Positions 24,918 through 35,934 of a stretch of DNA of 64,000 bases are shown in pieces (positions within the stretch are counted from its first letter, which is position 1; every line of letters starts with the position of its first letter). The stretch comes from a virus. Taxonomy: Duplodnaviria > Caudoviricetes. The position numbers and the translations under genes were made by a program. The stretch is from IMG/VR virus record IMGVR_UViG_3300025707_000006, positions 43,481 through 107,480 of that record, one strand, 5' to 3'. The notes below the pieces were generated by a model. The model made no database searches. It saw only the letters and a program-made list of their open reading frames with translations, and was not told the origin of the DNA.

Positions 24918-27260
24918 ATGAACATAAAACAAGCAAACGAGATGCTAAATCAGATCAAGAAATCTGGCCTTCATACCAAGACCAAAGTTGCTCAAGAACT
25001 TGTAAGAGAGCTTGAAATGTTCCTCAAATCAGCGGGCATGAAAAAGCAAGCCGATCTGAGGTTGCTGTCTAAAAGAGATGATGATCTTAAGAAGATCTTC
25101 TTCTATTGGGCAAGTGCCGCTCTCTCTGAAATGACTAGTGAGACAGAACTGCAAGGTATGACTATCCCCCCTGTTGGGTCTGATACTGGAGACATCTATG
25201 GTGCAAAGATCCTCAACCAACTTGGTGGTCGAATGAAAAGAAGGCGACAAGCGAGTGTTGCAATGTACGCAAACTTTTTGAACAATCTATATGAGGAACT
25301 TAAACCACTCCTTATCAGCGGTATCAACAAAGCCTATACTAAATTTGCTTATAATAATAAAGAATTTGAGAGACTAAACAGCGACATTCTTGAAGATCTT
25401 TGGCAGAGAGCTACGCTGTGGGCTGTGACTGGTACAAGAGATAGTGCAATAAGAGATACAGAGGTATCCCCTTGGAAAAGGATCGAGGGAAATGTCGAGG
25501 GGGGAGGATCTCTCGCTGAGAGAGTTATGAAAGCTATCCGTAAGGGTGTATTCAGTGCTATGACTTCTAAAGGACGCTACCTAAGCCTTGATGAAAGAAG
25601 ACGACTAGGACTGGCTAAGGTAGATGGGGAAAAAATCAGACAAGAATCTATCGAGGGGCAATCTTCGTCTGGTGAAGAATACAGCAAACTCGATCAGTTT
25701 TCAGCTCAAGGGTTCATTGAGAATATGGATGGAGTGGGTGATACTGAGAAGTACATAAAAAAGCATAAACTAACGGAGGAAGAATTAGAGACTCTAACAG
25801 GTCTATTGACTGATGGGACTTACGAAGATAAACCTTATCAGAGGGCACTCGTACTTGAGATACTTGTAAGGTCAGGTCATATTCTCAAGGACGATGCCTT
25901 TATAAGAACCTTAAAACTCGACTTCATGGATGGTAAGTTTGAGGGTACAGAAGCAATGGAAAAAGCGGTAGAGGTACTTGAGTTGACAGGAAACCCCATC
26001 ACTAAGGAACTTGTGGATCTTCTCCAAAGTTATGCTTCGGGTGAACTCGATGAAGATGCTTTTGAGGATCTTGAGGGTAACTTGATAGCTGACGGTTGGT
26101 TGGTTGATAACATAGAAATAGAGATAGAATCCGAAGAAGCTGTTAAGATGATCAATGAGAAAGCTGAACAAATGGCAGAAATAGCTGTTCAAGCTATTAA
26201 CTTACCAGAAGGTGAGCTTGGAGAAGCCATCGGTGACCTAGCTAAAAAAGAACTAGAAGTGAAAGAGTTAAAGAAGCTCTTAAAGCTGTTCACCGAAGAT
26301 GGTTTCCATTGGATGCTTGACGCTAATCTGTATCTTGATGACGCAGAATGGGCTAAAGCTCTGAGGGAGTCGAACCCTAAAGCTTTGAAAGCAATCCAAG
26401 AAGCCATCGAAGAACACCAAGAGCCTCTTCTACCTCTAGGGTTGAAGAATGTTCTCAATTCATCTGTCTTTGAGGACAAGCAAAAAGTGATAGCAATCAA
26501 AGAGTTTGTTGATCAGTGTATGAATAGTGGTGCTATTAAAAAAATGTTCGGTCAGTCTAGGGGGCCTCTTGGTTGGTTCATTGAGTTAGCTATCGTTTTA
26601 AACGGAAAGTCTATCACAGGGAGAAAAAATGGATCTCCTTTTACACTAAATATTGAGAAGGTAAGATTCTTTGACCTCACCCAAGACTTTTATGCTCAAC
26701 TTGCTGAATTTGTTAGAGTGGCGACTGATGGAGAGATAGACGCTCTTGTGGGTAAGCTTGATGAACTCGTTGAACCATATAGGCCAAAAGGGTTGACTTA
26801 TTCAGTATCAGATTGGTTAGAAAAGATAGTGGTGACCTGTAAAGAAAGAAAGAAATCTGGAAATCAAGCATGGAAAGAAGCTCGGACAAGTGGGATTGGG
26901 ACAATGAAAGGTTTCTATAGCGTTGTCGCTAGTGATCTTGTTCGGTATCGCTTCTATCTCGACATTGGTCTTACTGAGGGGGATAACTTACCAGAGGGTC
27001 TAGGTAATCCAGATTGTGATAATCGTGTTCTAGGTCTAATGAGACCGATCCCCACCAACGCTGTTAATGAAGTTAAGAGCGAGGGTTATGATCTTATGTT
27101 AAGGTCTTGGCAAGCTGAAGTAACACAGGCCACTCAAAGGCGAGTTGATTTGAGGATTACTGAAAAAGCTAAACTTAACCAACAAGTAAAAAAGGTATTC
27201 AAAGAGTTCGGTATCGAAGAGGGTACAGAGCTATATGAGGCATTTGTTAATCTCGGTTAA
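24918..27260 (+). CDS. large tagged helical protein with sigma region 2/3-like segments
   Basis: Leader VAQELVRELE...MKKQAD; LKPLLISGINKAY...LEDLWQRATL; ESIEGQSSSGEEYSKLDQ. Confidence 0.6.
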   Translation: MNIKQANEMLNQIKKSGLHTKTKVAQELVRELEMFLKSAGMKKQADLRLLSKRDDDLKKIFFYWASAALSEMTSETELQGMTIPPVGSDTGDIYGAKILNQLGGRMKRRRQASVAMYANFLNNLYEELKPLLISGINKAYTKFAYNNKEFERLNSDILEDLWQRATLWAVTGTRDSAIRDTEVSPWKRIEGNVEGGGSLAERVMKAIRKGVFSAMTSKGRYLSLDERRRLGLAKVDGEKIRQESIEGQSSSGEEYSKLDQFSAQGFIENMDGVGDTEKYIKKHKLTEEELETLTGLLTDGTYEDKPYQRALVLEILVRSGHILKDDAFIRTLKLDFMDGKFEGTEAMEKAVEVLELTGNPITKELVDLLQSYASGELDEDAFEDLEGNLIADGWLVDNIEIEIESEEAVKMINEKAEQMAEIAVQAINLPEGELGEAIGDLAKKELEVKELKKLLKLFTEDGFHWMLDANLYLDDAEWAKALRESNPKALKAIQEAIEEHQEPLLPLGLKNVLNSSVFEDKQKVIAIKEFVDQCMNSGAIKKMFGQSRGPLGWFIELAIVLNGKSITGRKNGSPFTLNIEKVRFFDLTQDFYAQLAEFVRVATDGEIDALVGKLDELVEPYRPKGLTYSVSDWLEKIVVTCKERKKSGNQAWKEARTSGIGTMKGFYSVVASDLVRYRFYLDIGLTEGDNLPEGLGNPDCDNRVLGLMRPIPTNAVNEVKSEGYDLMLRSWQAEVTQATQRRVDLRITEKAKLNQQVKKVFKEFGIEEGTELYEAFVNLG

Positions 27261-27262
27261 TC

Positions 27263-27276
27263 TGTAGTTTATTTAT
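27263..27276 (+). promoter_or_regulatory. class A variant TGTAGTTTATTTAT heading the baseplate operon
   Basis: Intergenic, 46 nt before 27322. Confidence 0.65.
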
Positions 27277-27321
27277 CATCGGTAGTTTAGTATCAAACCC
27301 CACTAGACTACTGGTGATAAC

Positions 27322-28362
27322 ATGAGCGAAGACCTACAGATTTCTTATGCCTGTCCTCATTATCTTCGATATGAGAGGGTAGGACTACAAAACAGTATCT
27401 ACATTATACCCGCATCACCAATCAATGGTGAGGGTCTTGTAGTGATTAGACGAGATGGTGTCGTCCTTGAACCTCAAGGTAATTACCGAGAAGCGACTAT
27501 CACCACTCCTAATGTGTCTCCTTTTAGGGTGAGAAGTACCTCCAATGTGCTTACAATAACCACTACAGAGGGGTACTCAAACACAATCACCTTACCCTCG
27601 AAGATATACAAATCAAAGACCTTGATCTCCGAAATACAAAGCCAAATCGGAGCGATCATTGTTGAAGAGACTACATCAAAAGCGTTGAGGTTTTCTGATC
27701 GAAAATTAGGTATTGGGTTTACCCTCACAGGAAGCCTATTAAAAGCACTTGGTTTCAAGAAGCAAAAGCAAGTTATTAAAACGAAAAAGTCTACTCCTGC
27801 TTGGGGGTTAGTTTCACGACTCAACGGACATGATATACAGTTCAAGAGCAGATTAGAACCTGAAGGTTTACTAGAAATATCTTACACTACCGAAAAGCGA
27901 TACTGTAGAAGATGTGGTGGCACAGGGGTTGAAAACGACTTTAGATTCGGTACTGATGGAGACATTCAAAAGATACAAGACACTGATCTACTCTATCAGA
28001 ACATAGCCAAGACTCTTTTGACTGAGATCGGGTCGAACCCTTACCACGCTTGGTATGGATCAAACGCTAACCGACTCATAGGTAAAAAGAATAATGCTTC
28101 GGTTGGGGTCGCTTTAAGGATGAGTGTACAACAGGCACTAGATAAGTTGCAGAAAATCCAACAAGATCTCAAGAGGGTACAATACCTTAGCCAAGAAGAA
28201 AGATTAATGAGCGTTCAGTCTGTGGAAGTTTCTACACTCAATAACAATGCGACTGCATTATTGTGTAATGTGGTTGTTCGTAGTGGAGCAAATCGTCAAG
28301 TGAGCGTAAATATAGTCTTTGAAGTACCTGGTAGCATTTCATTAGATGGGAGTTTGACATGA
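27322..28362 (+). CDS. baseplate wedge protein with C-terminal gp25/GpW-like domain
   Basis: LLYQNIAKTLLTEIGSNPYHAWYGS; directly precedes baseplate J. Confidence 0.7.
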   Translation: MSEDLQISYACPHYLRYERVGLQNSIYIIPASPINGEGLVVIRRDGVVLEPQGNYREATITTPNVSPFRVRSTSNVLTITTTEGYSNTITLPSKIYKSKTLISEIQSQIGAIIVEETTSKALRFSDRKLGIGFTLTGSLLKALGFKKQKQVIKTKKSTPAWGLVSRLNGHDIQFKSRLEPEGLLEISYTTEKRYCRRCGGTGVENDFRFGTDGDIQKIQDTDLLYQNIAKTLLTEIGSNPYHAWYGSNANRLIGKKNNASVGVALRMSVQQALDKLQKIQQDLKRVQYLSQEERLMSVQSVEVSTLNNNATALLCNVVVRSGANRQVSVNIVFEVPGSISLDGSLT

Positions 28363-31300
28363 GCTATAGCTTAAAAATTGTAAAGCCAGATGGAGTTAGT
28401 TCCACTGTTTCAACAAGTTATTCTACAGATAAAGAAGAAGTATTCATTCATGGTCTTGTTGAGGGGTACGATCAAATCACAGTGTCATTCTTAGATGAAG
28501 TATTCACCTCCGTAGGACAAGAAGCAGACATCACAATTAGTAATGGGACTTGGGTATTCCCGAATCCAGACACGACACAAGAGGGGATAGACTTAAATCA
28601 AGGGGCTAACAGCTTCTTTATCACAGCAACAGATGGGTCAAACACTACCTCTTTAACACTCATCGTCATCTCTAGTCTTGACTCAAATACTGCTAAACCT
28701 CAGCCCCCTCTCAATATAAAATCCGAGAGAGCGGATGATAATGTAGTTCTTAGTTGGTTACATTCAGACTCTGAGATTATCTCTTATAATGTGTACGCTT
28801 CTACTGTAAGTGGAGGGGGTGATGGTTATCGACAGATCAACAAGATACCTATTGACCCGATTTCTTATGGGTTTAAGTCTGAGAAGGTTACCTCTGTAGT
28901 AGATTTCTCTAGTGATCTTAAAACAATCGAAGAAGACCCAAATGTCCTTACGATAAAAGCCTTACAGAACACCACATCAAGTGATATAGGTACACAAGAA
29001 ATTGCTGAGAGCATCAGTCGATTAAGAGTGTCAACAAATGTGTCTGCAATCGAGTTAGAAACAAAGGTGTCTTTCAAACATAATCGTAGTATACCAGACC
29101 AAGCGAATACAATAGATATAGGCGATTTTTCTTCTCTCAATGCAAACACACCTCTTTACTATGTCATTACAGCAGTCAAGGTCGTGGATAACCAATCGGT
29201 TGAGTCCACTTTTAGTGTTGAAGTTGGATCCGCACCGATTGACTTACAGATTGTCAATACAATCCTACCCAATGTGACTGATGCACAGATTACAGAGAGT
29301 ATGATCTCAGCTATTTATGATGCAGACTCCACAGCGAGTGTCCATGCTGGGTCTGCGATAAGAGACTTGTTTATAGACCCAGTAGTGTCAGAGATCTCTC
29401 GCATGAGAGTCCTCTTAGATTTCTGCTACAAAGCTACCAACTTTGTGTCTCTTAACGACATTGATGACCCAACAGGATTGGGTGAGTCCATCTTCGTATC
29501 TAACTCAAGTTATAAACAGCTCTTAAAAGAGGCTTACTTCCTTGATACCGACACACAGGTACAAAACCTTATCGACATCTGTTTTGATCGCCTAGCGTCT
29601 AATCTAGGCATTGTTAGGTTATCAGGTCAGGTGGCTAGAGGTGAAGCAACTTTCTTCTCAAGAAGTCTGCCTACTTTTGATCTGATCGTACCTATAGGAC
29701 AGATCCTCTCTAGTGGTGGTGTGAGATTTAGAACTCTTCAAGGGGGGACAATCACAGTTTCTGAAGCACCTAGCTTTTACAACCCAATCACACGCGGATA
29801 TGAGATCACCTTACCAATCCAAGCTGACACAGCAGGTCTTAGTGGGAATGTTACATCGGGTCAAATCACAACTGGTGCTCCTTTAGGGTTAAGTGTAATC
29901 AATAACTCATCTACATTTGGAGGTTCTACTAGAGAGACAAACCAAGAAATGATGACACGAGCAATGACTTACATATCTTCTGTAGATGTAGGCACAAGAG
30001 CTGGTTATGAGCGAGTGGCTAGAGAGTCAGCAGGTGTTTTAGGCTATGAGGTTATAGATGCTGACAACCCATATATGCTTCGAGATAACGATCAAGGGGG
30101 GAAGGTAGACATTTGGATTAGAGGTGAACTGTTGAGCCGAGTAACTGATGTATATGCTCCGTCCTATAGGTCAAGAAAAGACTCAAGGTTCATCCCTATA
30201 CAATCGGAGGGTGCATATAGGTTTCAAGCCTCAGATGCCACCTCAGAGAACCCTCTCTTTCAAATGATTGATCGAACTAATACCTTTGGACTTAAAAACC
30301 AAACCAATGGTGAGTTCTTCGACCTTACAGGAGCAACTATTTCTGAAGGTAAGATCCTTCGACTCAATACAGACATATCCCAACCCACATATCGCATGAC
30401 CGACATTATCTTGGGAGACTATAGAACTGATGTTACTAATAAAGTCGTGCTTGATCGACAACCTGTTCGACAAGTCATTTCTGTCCGTAAAGCAGATGGT
30501 ACTGATCTGACTTTCACCTTCTATAAAACCGAAGATCCTCTTGTGCAAGGACAGTCCTCAAAATCTCAAGACTATATCATCCTTGATAACGATGGATTAG
30601 AGAAGATCATCTCAATCACAGCCGAGCAACAAACCCTTAATGAACTCTACACTGAAACGCTATCAAATCGTGGGGTAGACATCACTACCATTGTAGTCAA
30701 AGACTCAAATGGTAATACTTTTGCAAGCCCATTGACCTCTGCAACGCCAGATTATGTTATCGAAGTTAATGGTGATCTGACAACGATTAAGAGGACTACT
30801 TCAAGTACAATCACATCGAGTCAAACAGTCCTTGTCGATTATGAATACCTAGAAAACATTACAGTAACCTATCAGACAAACCTAGTTGTATCTAACCTAC
30901 AACTAGAAGTTGATGAACAAAAACACATGGGTGCAGATGTTCTTATAAAAGAAGTTTCTCCTGTTCGAGTTAATGTAAAAGGTCTTGTCTACTTAGAACA
31001 AGGGACATCAGCTACTAGTGTTGACTCAATAATCAAAGCCTCTTTATTCAATCGCATAACGGAAACAACTCTTGGTGGGAGTCTTTACCCATCCGATTTC
31101 ATTCGGGAGATTGACTCTGTACGAGGTGTTTCTTATGTCTCTGTTCCTTTGACAGAGCTTTCACTGACTGAAGGAGATCAGATCCTTCGTGAAAAAGTGA
31201 ACCCAACAGTGCCTGTGGAAGTCACAGAGTTTACAAGCTCTAGTCATAAAGTATGGCTCATGGATGTTCAACTAGATCATGTACCTCAACAAAGTGGGGG

Positions 31301-31634
31301 GTCAAATGCTAGGGTGTTTTTAAATCGAAAAGAAATCGAAACGCTCAAGGTCGGACAAAGAGAAACAGCCTCAAACTGGATCGGTGAGAAAGGGAGCATC
31401 GTAGGTTTAGAGAAAGCCTCTGTTAACTCTAACGGAGTTCTCACAGAGATACCAAACTCCACTCGAAAACTTATGATCTCATTACCTTTGGGGGAAACTC
31501 CTTTAGGGTATGAGATTGAGGTCAACTACACTTGTGGTAATGGGACTGGAGTAGTAGGTGAGATCAGATTAAATAACTTTAGCTACTTTCAAGTGGGAGA
31601 TCTCAGCTTCACTTATGAAGAGGAGAGAAGATAA
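28359..31634 (+). CDS. baseplate J-like protein with N-terminal Ig/FN3-like domains
   Basis: GSAIRDLFIDP, FDRLASNLGIVR, ARGEATF, AGLSGNV..GQI and GGSTRETNQE motifs. Confidence 0.85.
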   Translation: MSYSLKIVKPDGVSSTVSTSYSTDKEEVFIHGLVEGYDQITVSFLDEVFTSVGQEADITISNGTWVFPNPDTTQEGIDLNQGANSFFITATDGSNTTSLTLIVISSLDSNTAKPQPPLNIKSERADDNVVLSWLHSDSEIISYNVYASTVSGGGDGYRQINKIPIDPISYGFKSEKVTSVVDFSSDLKTIEEDPNVLTIKALQNTTSSDIGTQEIAESISRLRVSTNVSAIELETKVSFKHNRSIPDQANTIDIGDFSSLNANTPLYYVITAVKVVDNQSVESTFSVEVGSAPIDLQIVNTILPNVTDAQITESMISAIYDADSTASVHAGSAIRDLFIDPVVSEISRMRVLLDFCYKATNFVSLNDIDDPTGLGESIFVSNSSYKQLLKEAYFLDTDTQVQNLIDICFDRLASNLGIVRLSGQVARGEATFFSRSLPTFDLIVPIGQILSSGGVRFRTLQGGTITVSEAPSFYNPITRGYEITLPIQADTAGLSGNVTSGQITTGAPLGLSVINNSSTFGGSTRETNQEMMTRAMTYISSVDVGTRAGYERVARESAGVLGYEVIDADNPYMLRDNDQGGKVDIWIRGELLSRVTDVYAPSYRSRKDSRFIPIQSEGAYRFQASDATSENPLFQMIDRTNTFGLKNQTNGEFFDLTGATISEGKILRLNTDISQPTYRMTDIILGDYRTDVTNKVVLDRQPVRQVISVRKADGTDLTFTFYKTEDPLVQGQSSKSQDYIILDNDGLEKIISITAEQQTLNELYTETLSNRGVDITTIVVKDSNGNTFASPLTSATPDYVIEVNGDLTTIKRTTSSTITSSQTVLVDYEYLENITVTYQTNLVVSNLQLEVDEQKHMGADVLIKEVSPVRVNVKGLVYLEQGTSATSVDSIIKASLFNRITETTLGGSLYPSDFIREIDSVRGVSYVSVPLTELSLTEGDQILREKVNPTVPVEVTEFTSSSHKVWLMDVQLDHVPQQSGGSNARVFLNRKEIETLKVGQRETASNWIGEKGSIVGLEKASVNSNGVLTEIPNSTRKLMISLPLGETPLGYEIEVNYTCGNGTGVVGEIRLNNFSYFQVGDLSFTYEEERR

Positions 31635-34600
31635 TGGTATATGATTTCGACCCACGCACAAATAGAGAAAACTTAAACTCAAAGTCCTACCCTAGACGAC
31701 TCCTAGAGGACATAATTACCAACAAAATCGTAGACTCCATGTCCTTCGGGACTGCCTCAAACTACCTCACTCGTAGCTATGGCCCGAACCATAGGGTTAT
31801 CTACGAGGGTGTAGGCCGACTCCTTGCAGGATTATTAGTAGACACCTTAGATAACCTAGAAGATGTTGAATACTCCCAACTAAGAGCTGAGTTTATTGCT
31901 ACTCGCCTCATGTACCTTGTGTTCCCCGATGAGGACTCTGTACCTGTCGGGGATACACATGAAGAGACTATCTCTTTTCTCCTACAAACCTATGAAGCTC
32001 TATTAAAAGGGGCGACTAAAAAATCTGTCGATGAAGTGTTGAATGACATCGCTGAAGGAAATGCCGTTGTACTTAGCAACATCGAGGGATATATCGCTAA
32101 CATCAAGTCCTCTATCCTCGCTACAACAGAATACAACACAGATGGGGTGTTTTCCAAACACAGACACTTTGCCTTCACTGATGAATCTGGACTAGGTTCT
32201 ACCAACAAGCCGATTGAATATAAATGGGGAGATGAACTTCATACACACGACATTATTGACGGAGTTATTCAGCCACACATAGATGCTGACGGAAACTCTC
32301 ACTCCCATGAGGTTTATCTTGGGATACCAGAAAACATCATAAGATTACAAACGAACTTACGCAAGGTTTTAAGGGTAACCAAACCCGCACATATTAAAAC
32401 AGGTGAGGTTTCCTCAGTCATTGATGAGGACATACCTATTCTCTCTAAAGGGAAAGGAGATGTGTTTAGCCCTATTCTCGGAATCGACCCTGCTCAAACA
32501 GATGCTCTGATAATCGAGGGCAACAAGATTGACGCAACACTACCATATTACAACCAAAACGCACAGTATGGGCTTGTTGGAGTCTCGCTAGGGTCTTTCT
32601 TCCAAGAAGAGATGAGGAAGGCTAGGGAGGGTGTTTACGAAGAATATTTCTACGGGTATGCGTCTGGTAATACCATTCGTGTATGGAGGACTAATGTCCA
32701 AGTAGCAGACAACCTCGTCCTCAGTGATGATGACTCCAACACAGCAGATCAAAAGTTTAGGGTCATAGAGGTCGAAAGTGGTATTAAACCAGTAGATGGC
32801 ATCTATCAGAAAATGACTGGTAGTGATGGAGTAGAATACACAACTAAAACAATACGGGATTTGAATCGTGGTGCGAGTTCTTCACTGAAACCCATAAATG
32901 TCGCTGATGTAGAGATCATTAATGGGAGTATGTACCCAATAGAGGAAAACGGTATAAGAGAGGGTCGGGCAGGTGATACACAATCCTTAAATGATGGTGA
33001 GCCTATCTTCCTAAAAGATAAAGTGTACTTCTGTGAGTTAAAATCTGACTTGGGTCAATACCTTTTGAGTTTTGATTCTGTTCGTGAACCTATGATGTCT
33101 GGTCATAGGGTAGGTCTTGTAGCGACTGTCATCACTGTAGATTCTAGGATACAACAAGAAGGGTTGATCAAGTTCAAAAACAACTCATCTCCTTGGAATG
33201 TTAGAGATGAATTAAAGTACGAGACAGTTACCTTCACTAACACTTTTGATGTGGCTAGATGGGGTGTAAACTACAACTACGCTATAAACCTACCCAACTT
33301 TATCGTGAAAGATATGCTCAAATCTATAGGCACACTGCCTGTGTCTATGAATGACATCACCATAAAAATAGACAAAGGAGCAGGGTTCGTAGATCCCGAT
33401 TACTCTTATTCTAACCTATTCTTAGAATCTATCAACTGGTATACATACTCAGATAAAGATGGGATCATGCGTATAAGTGATCGGACTTATACCACTGTGG
33501 GGGCTAATAACTATAATAACCCACTTATAAGTTCGGGACATAAAGTTTCAATCACATATCCCAAATCCAAATCGGAAATCAGACGCTTCAGAGAACTTAA
33601 TAGTCTTGAGATGACCCTCAATGCCACAAGACCAGCTCGTAAAGTCTCCGACTCTGGTAGAGGGTTATTAGGTCAAAACAGAGTCATTGGGACAACATCA
33701 CCAATCTCTTATGTACTTAATGAACCACAACCTGTCACCCCTTTCACACAAGAACAAAAGACTGCTACCTACTCTGCGGGTAGTTCCGACCTGCTCAATA
33801 CAAAAAATCAAAATCTATATGCAAACACAATCACAGACCCTTTAGTCTTTAATAGCACATACACCCTCAATAACTTCTCACTCAATCAAACAGCAACTCA
33901 AGATCAAGTCTTTAAGCCGTCTACGAAAACCATCACTACATCAAACCCTAAGATTTCTTTTTATCTCCTGGGATTTAGACCCTCGTACATCACCTCCGTG
34001 GTCGATAGTAGTGCTGTGTCTTATGCCTATACACTCAATCAAGATCATGTCTTAGTCAGTGGATTAACAAGTGAAAAAACACTGACCATTACTGGTATCT
34101 CTTCTAACCCATTCTCCTCTGATCTTGATTGGTACAAAGGAGAAAAGTTAGCAGAAGGTCAAGCGTTCTACAAACACACCTCCACTAATGAATTAGATGT
34201 CTTCTCGGAGTCTACTCCTGAAGAATACATGACGAACCCTCTAGGTCTTGCATACGACAAAAACGGTGTTGTATCCGATCAAATACGCTCTGTATACTCT
34301 ATGGAAGACACTAAAACATCGGGTATAGAGGGTGAACTAGACTTTTATGAGGACAAGGTTACAGGGTATGAGTTTAAGCAAGATGAAGACGGAAGGGATG
34401 GGTTTGCTAGTGAATATAATACGCAATGCACACAAGATGAAGTTCTTTACCCAGATCCGACTCTATATGTGTTAGGCCCAATATCCACATTAACAGGGGG
34501 TGTGCCTGTAAACACGATCCCCACATATCTCTTCTTTGGGTACTTTATGCTTATTGACCAAGATAGCAACAATGATATTGTATACTACCTCTCCATATAT

Positions 34601-35212
34601 CGAATAGATGCTAATGGGGATAAGCAATATCAAACACTAACACCAATACAAGATTCAAATGGAGATGACGCTTTACAGGTGTCGGGAACACTACCAGAAT
34701 CTAATGGCTCTCCACTTGCATATAGATTCTTAGGGAATAATGGGTTTGGAAGTCTTGAATACAACCAAATGAGTTCTACTGCTTACGCTAATATCTCATT
34801 TAATCACATACCTAATGAGACCTATTATATGGAAGTCTTCTTTGAACGATCACCAGCAGGAGGGGCTTCTTTTCTTGGTTTTACAGCCAGAGGTTCAAAC
34901 TCAGATGTAAACCTCTCTGATACTTGGTTTAACTTAAATCAAGACGCAAATCAGAATGAAGTTGAGTTCTTAGGTCAAGGTGGCACAGATGTTTCGGAAA
35001 CATACGAAGTCACATTCACTAATAATCCTGGTGGGGGTGAGATAGATACGATCAGTAATATCGCTGACCCAGACGCAGGGGCAACAAAAGACACCGAAAA
35101 TGTAGGGGTGACTCACACCACCACTACTACTACTTATTCCGCTACGGACTACTATCCTATCAGACCCTTAGAATATGACTACGGGTATAAAAGACTATTC
35201 ACTGAGAGTTAA
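31634..35212 (+). CDS. baseplate/tail structural protein (follows baseplate J)
   Basis: ALLKGATK and RVTKPAHI motifs typical of wedge proteins; HxH triplet; gene order. Confidence 0.6.
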   Translation: MVYDFDPRTNRENLNSKSYPRRLLEDIITNKIVDSMSFGTASNYLTRSYGPNHRVIYEGVGRLLAGLLVDTLDNLEDVEYSQLRAEFIATRLMYLVFPDEDSVPVGDTHEETISFLLQTYEALLKGATKKSVDEVLNDIAEGNAVVLSNIEGYIANIKSSILATTEYNTDGVFSKHRHFAFTDESGLGSTNKPIEYKWGDELHTHDIIDGVIQPHIDADGNSHSHEVYLGIPENIIRLQTNLRKVLRVTKPAHIKTGEVSSVIDEDIPILSKGKGDVFSPILGIDPAQTDALIIEGNKIDATLPYYNQNAQYGLVGVSLGSFFQEEMRKAREGVYEEYFYGYASGNTIRVWRTNVQVADNLVLSDDDSNTADQKFRVIEVESGIKPVDGIYQKMTGSDGVEYTTKTIRDLNRGASSSLKPINVADVEIINGSMYPIEENGIREGRAGDTQSLNDGEPIFLKDKVYFCELKSDLGQYLLSFDSVREPMMSGHRVGLVATVITVDSRIQQEGLIKFKNNSSPWNVRDELKYETVTFTNTFDVARWGVNYNYAINLPNFIVKDMLKSIGTLPVSMNDITIKIDKGAGFVDPDYSYSNLFLESINWYTYSDKDGIMRISDRTYTTVGANNYNNPLISSGHKVSITYPKSKSEIRRFRELNSLEMTLNATRPARKVSDSGRGLLGQNRVIGTTSPISYVLNEPQPVTPFTQEQKTATYSAGSSDLLNTKNQNLYANTITDPLVFNSTYTLNNFSLNQTATQDQVFKPSTKTITTSNPKISFYLLGFRPSYITSVVDSSAVSYAYTLNQDHVLVSGLTSEKTLTITGISSNPFSSDLDWYKGEKLAEGQAFYKHTSTNELDVFSESTPEEYMTNPLGLAYDKNGVVSDQIRSVYSMEDTKTSGIEGELDFYEDKVTGYEFKQDEDGRDGFASEYNTQCTQDEVLYPDPTLYVLGPISTLTGGVPVNTIPTYLFFGYFMLIDQDSNNDIVYYLSIYRIDANGDKQYQTLTPIQDSNGDDALQVSGTLPESNGSPLAYRFLGNNGFGSLEYNQMSSTAYANISFNHIPNETYYMEVFFERSPAGGASFLGFTARGSNSDVNLSDTWFNLNQDANQNEVEFLGQGGTDVSETYEVTFTNNPGGGEIDTISNIADPDAGATKDTENVGVTHTTTTTTYSATDYYPIRPLEYDYGYKRLFTES

Positions 35213-35224
35213 TAACTCTTTTAT
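35210..35224 (+). promoter_or_regulatory. class A variant TAATAACTCTTTTAT
   Basis: Upstream of 35278. Confidence 0.5.
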
Positions 35225-35277
35225 ACATTGGTAATATGTAAACAAGACCCCCCACAATTTTTAGATTGGAGGACAAT

Positions 35278-35919
35278 ATGATACACACGAAAATCCCACC
35301 ACCAAAAACGACTGCTATTAACTTTGGATTAGGTTTCTCAGAAGGAATCGGAGTTAAAATCAAAGGGGATGTTTTTGGGGTTCTCCAACATAAAGACGGT
35401 CAAGAAGAAATCGTCTTAGATAAATCAAATATATACACACTAGATGGTGGGATTTTAGCCGCTATCTTGTTTTCCAAAAACTTAGGTGTGGGTAATTTTC
35501 GTGGCATTGATATGTTAGCTGTTGGAACAGGAGCATCGGGATCAACTGCGAGTCCCGACATCGCTGATTATAGGCAAAGAATTATCAACACACCCCTTTA
35601 TCGTAAAGAATTTTCAAGTGTTGTTTATCGAAACTCTAACGGTACTCTAGCTTCAGTTCCCACAAACATCGTAGACTTCACAACTACATTTGATGCTTCG
35701 GATGCTGTTGGTGCATTAACTGAGATGGGGTTGGTGTGTACTACTGACGGTATAGGAAATGCCCCACAAGACTTCGATCAGTTAGCGGATGCTTTTCCTG
35801 TTCGCACATTGACTACAGACATCACCACAAAAGACATCTTAGTAAATTACCTCACTTTTCCAGTAATCAATAAACCCGCAGGGTCTATATTAGCGATTAC
35901 TTGGCGTTTAACATTCTAA
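35278..35919 (+). CDS. tail-collar/fibre-attachment-like structural protein
   Basis: LAVGTG, LTEMGL and FPVINK...ITWRLTF motifs; GGAGG SD. Confidence 0.65.
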   Translation: MIHTKIPPPKTTAINFGLGFSEGIGVKIKGDVFGVLQHKDGQEEIVLDKSNIYTLDGGILAAILFSKNLGVGNFRGIDMLAVGTGASGSTASPDIADYRQRIINTPLYRKEFSSVVYRNSNGTLASVPTNIVDFTTTFDASDAVGALTEMGLVCTTDGIGNAPQDFDQLADAFPVRTLTTDITTKDILVNYLTFPVINKPAGSILAITWRLTF

Positions 35920-35934
35920 GAGAGGGTTTAAGTA

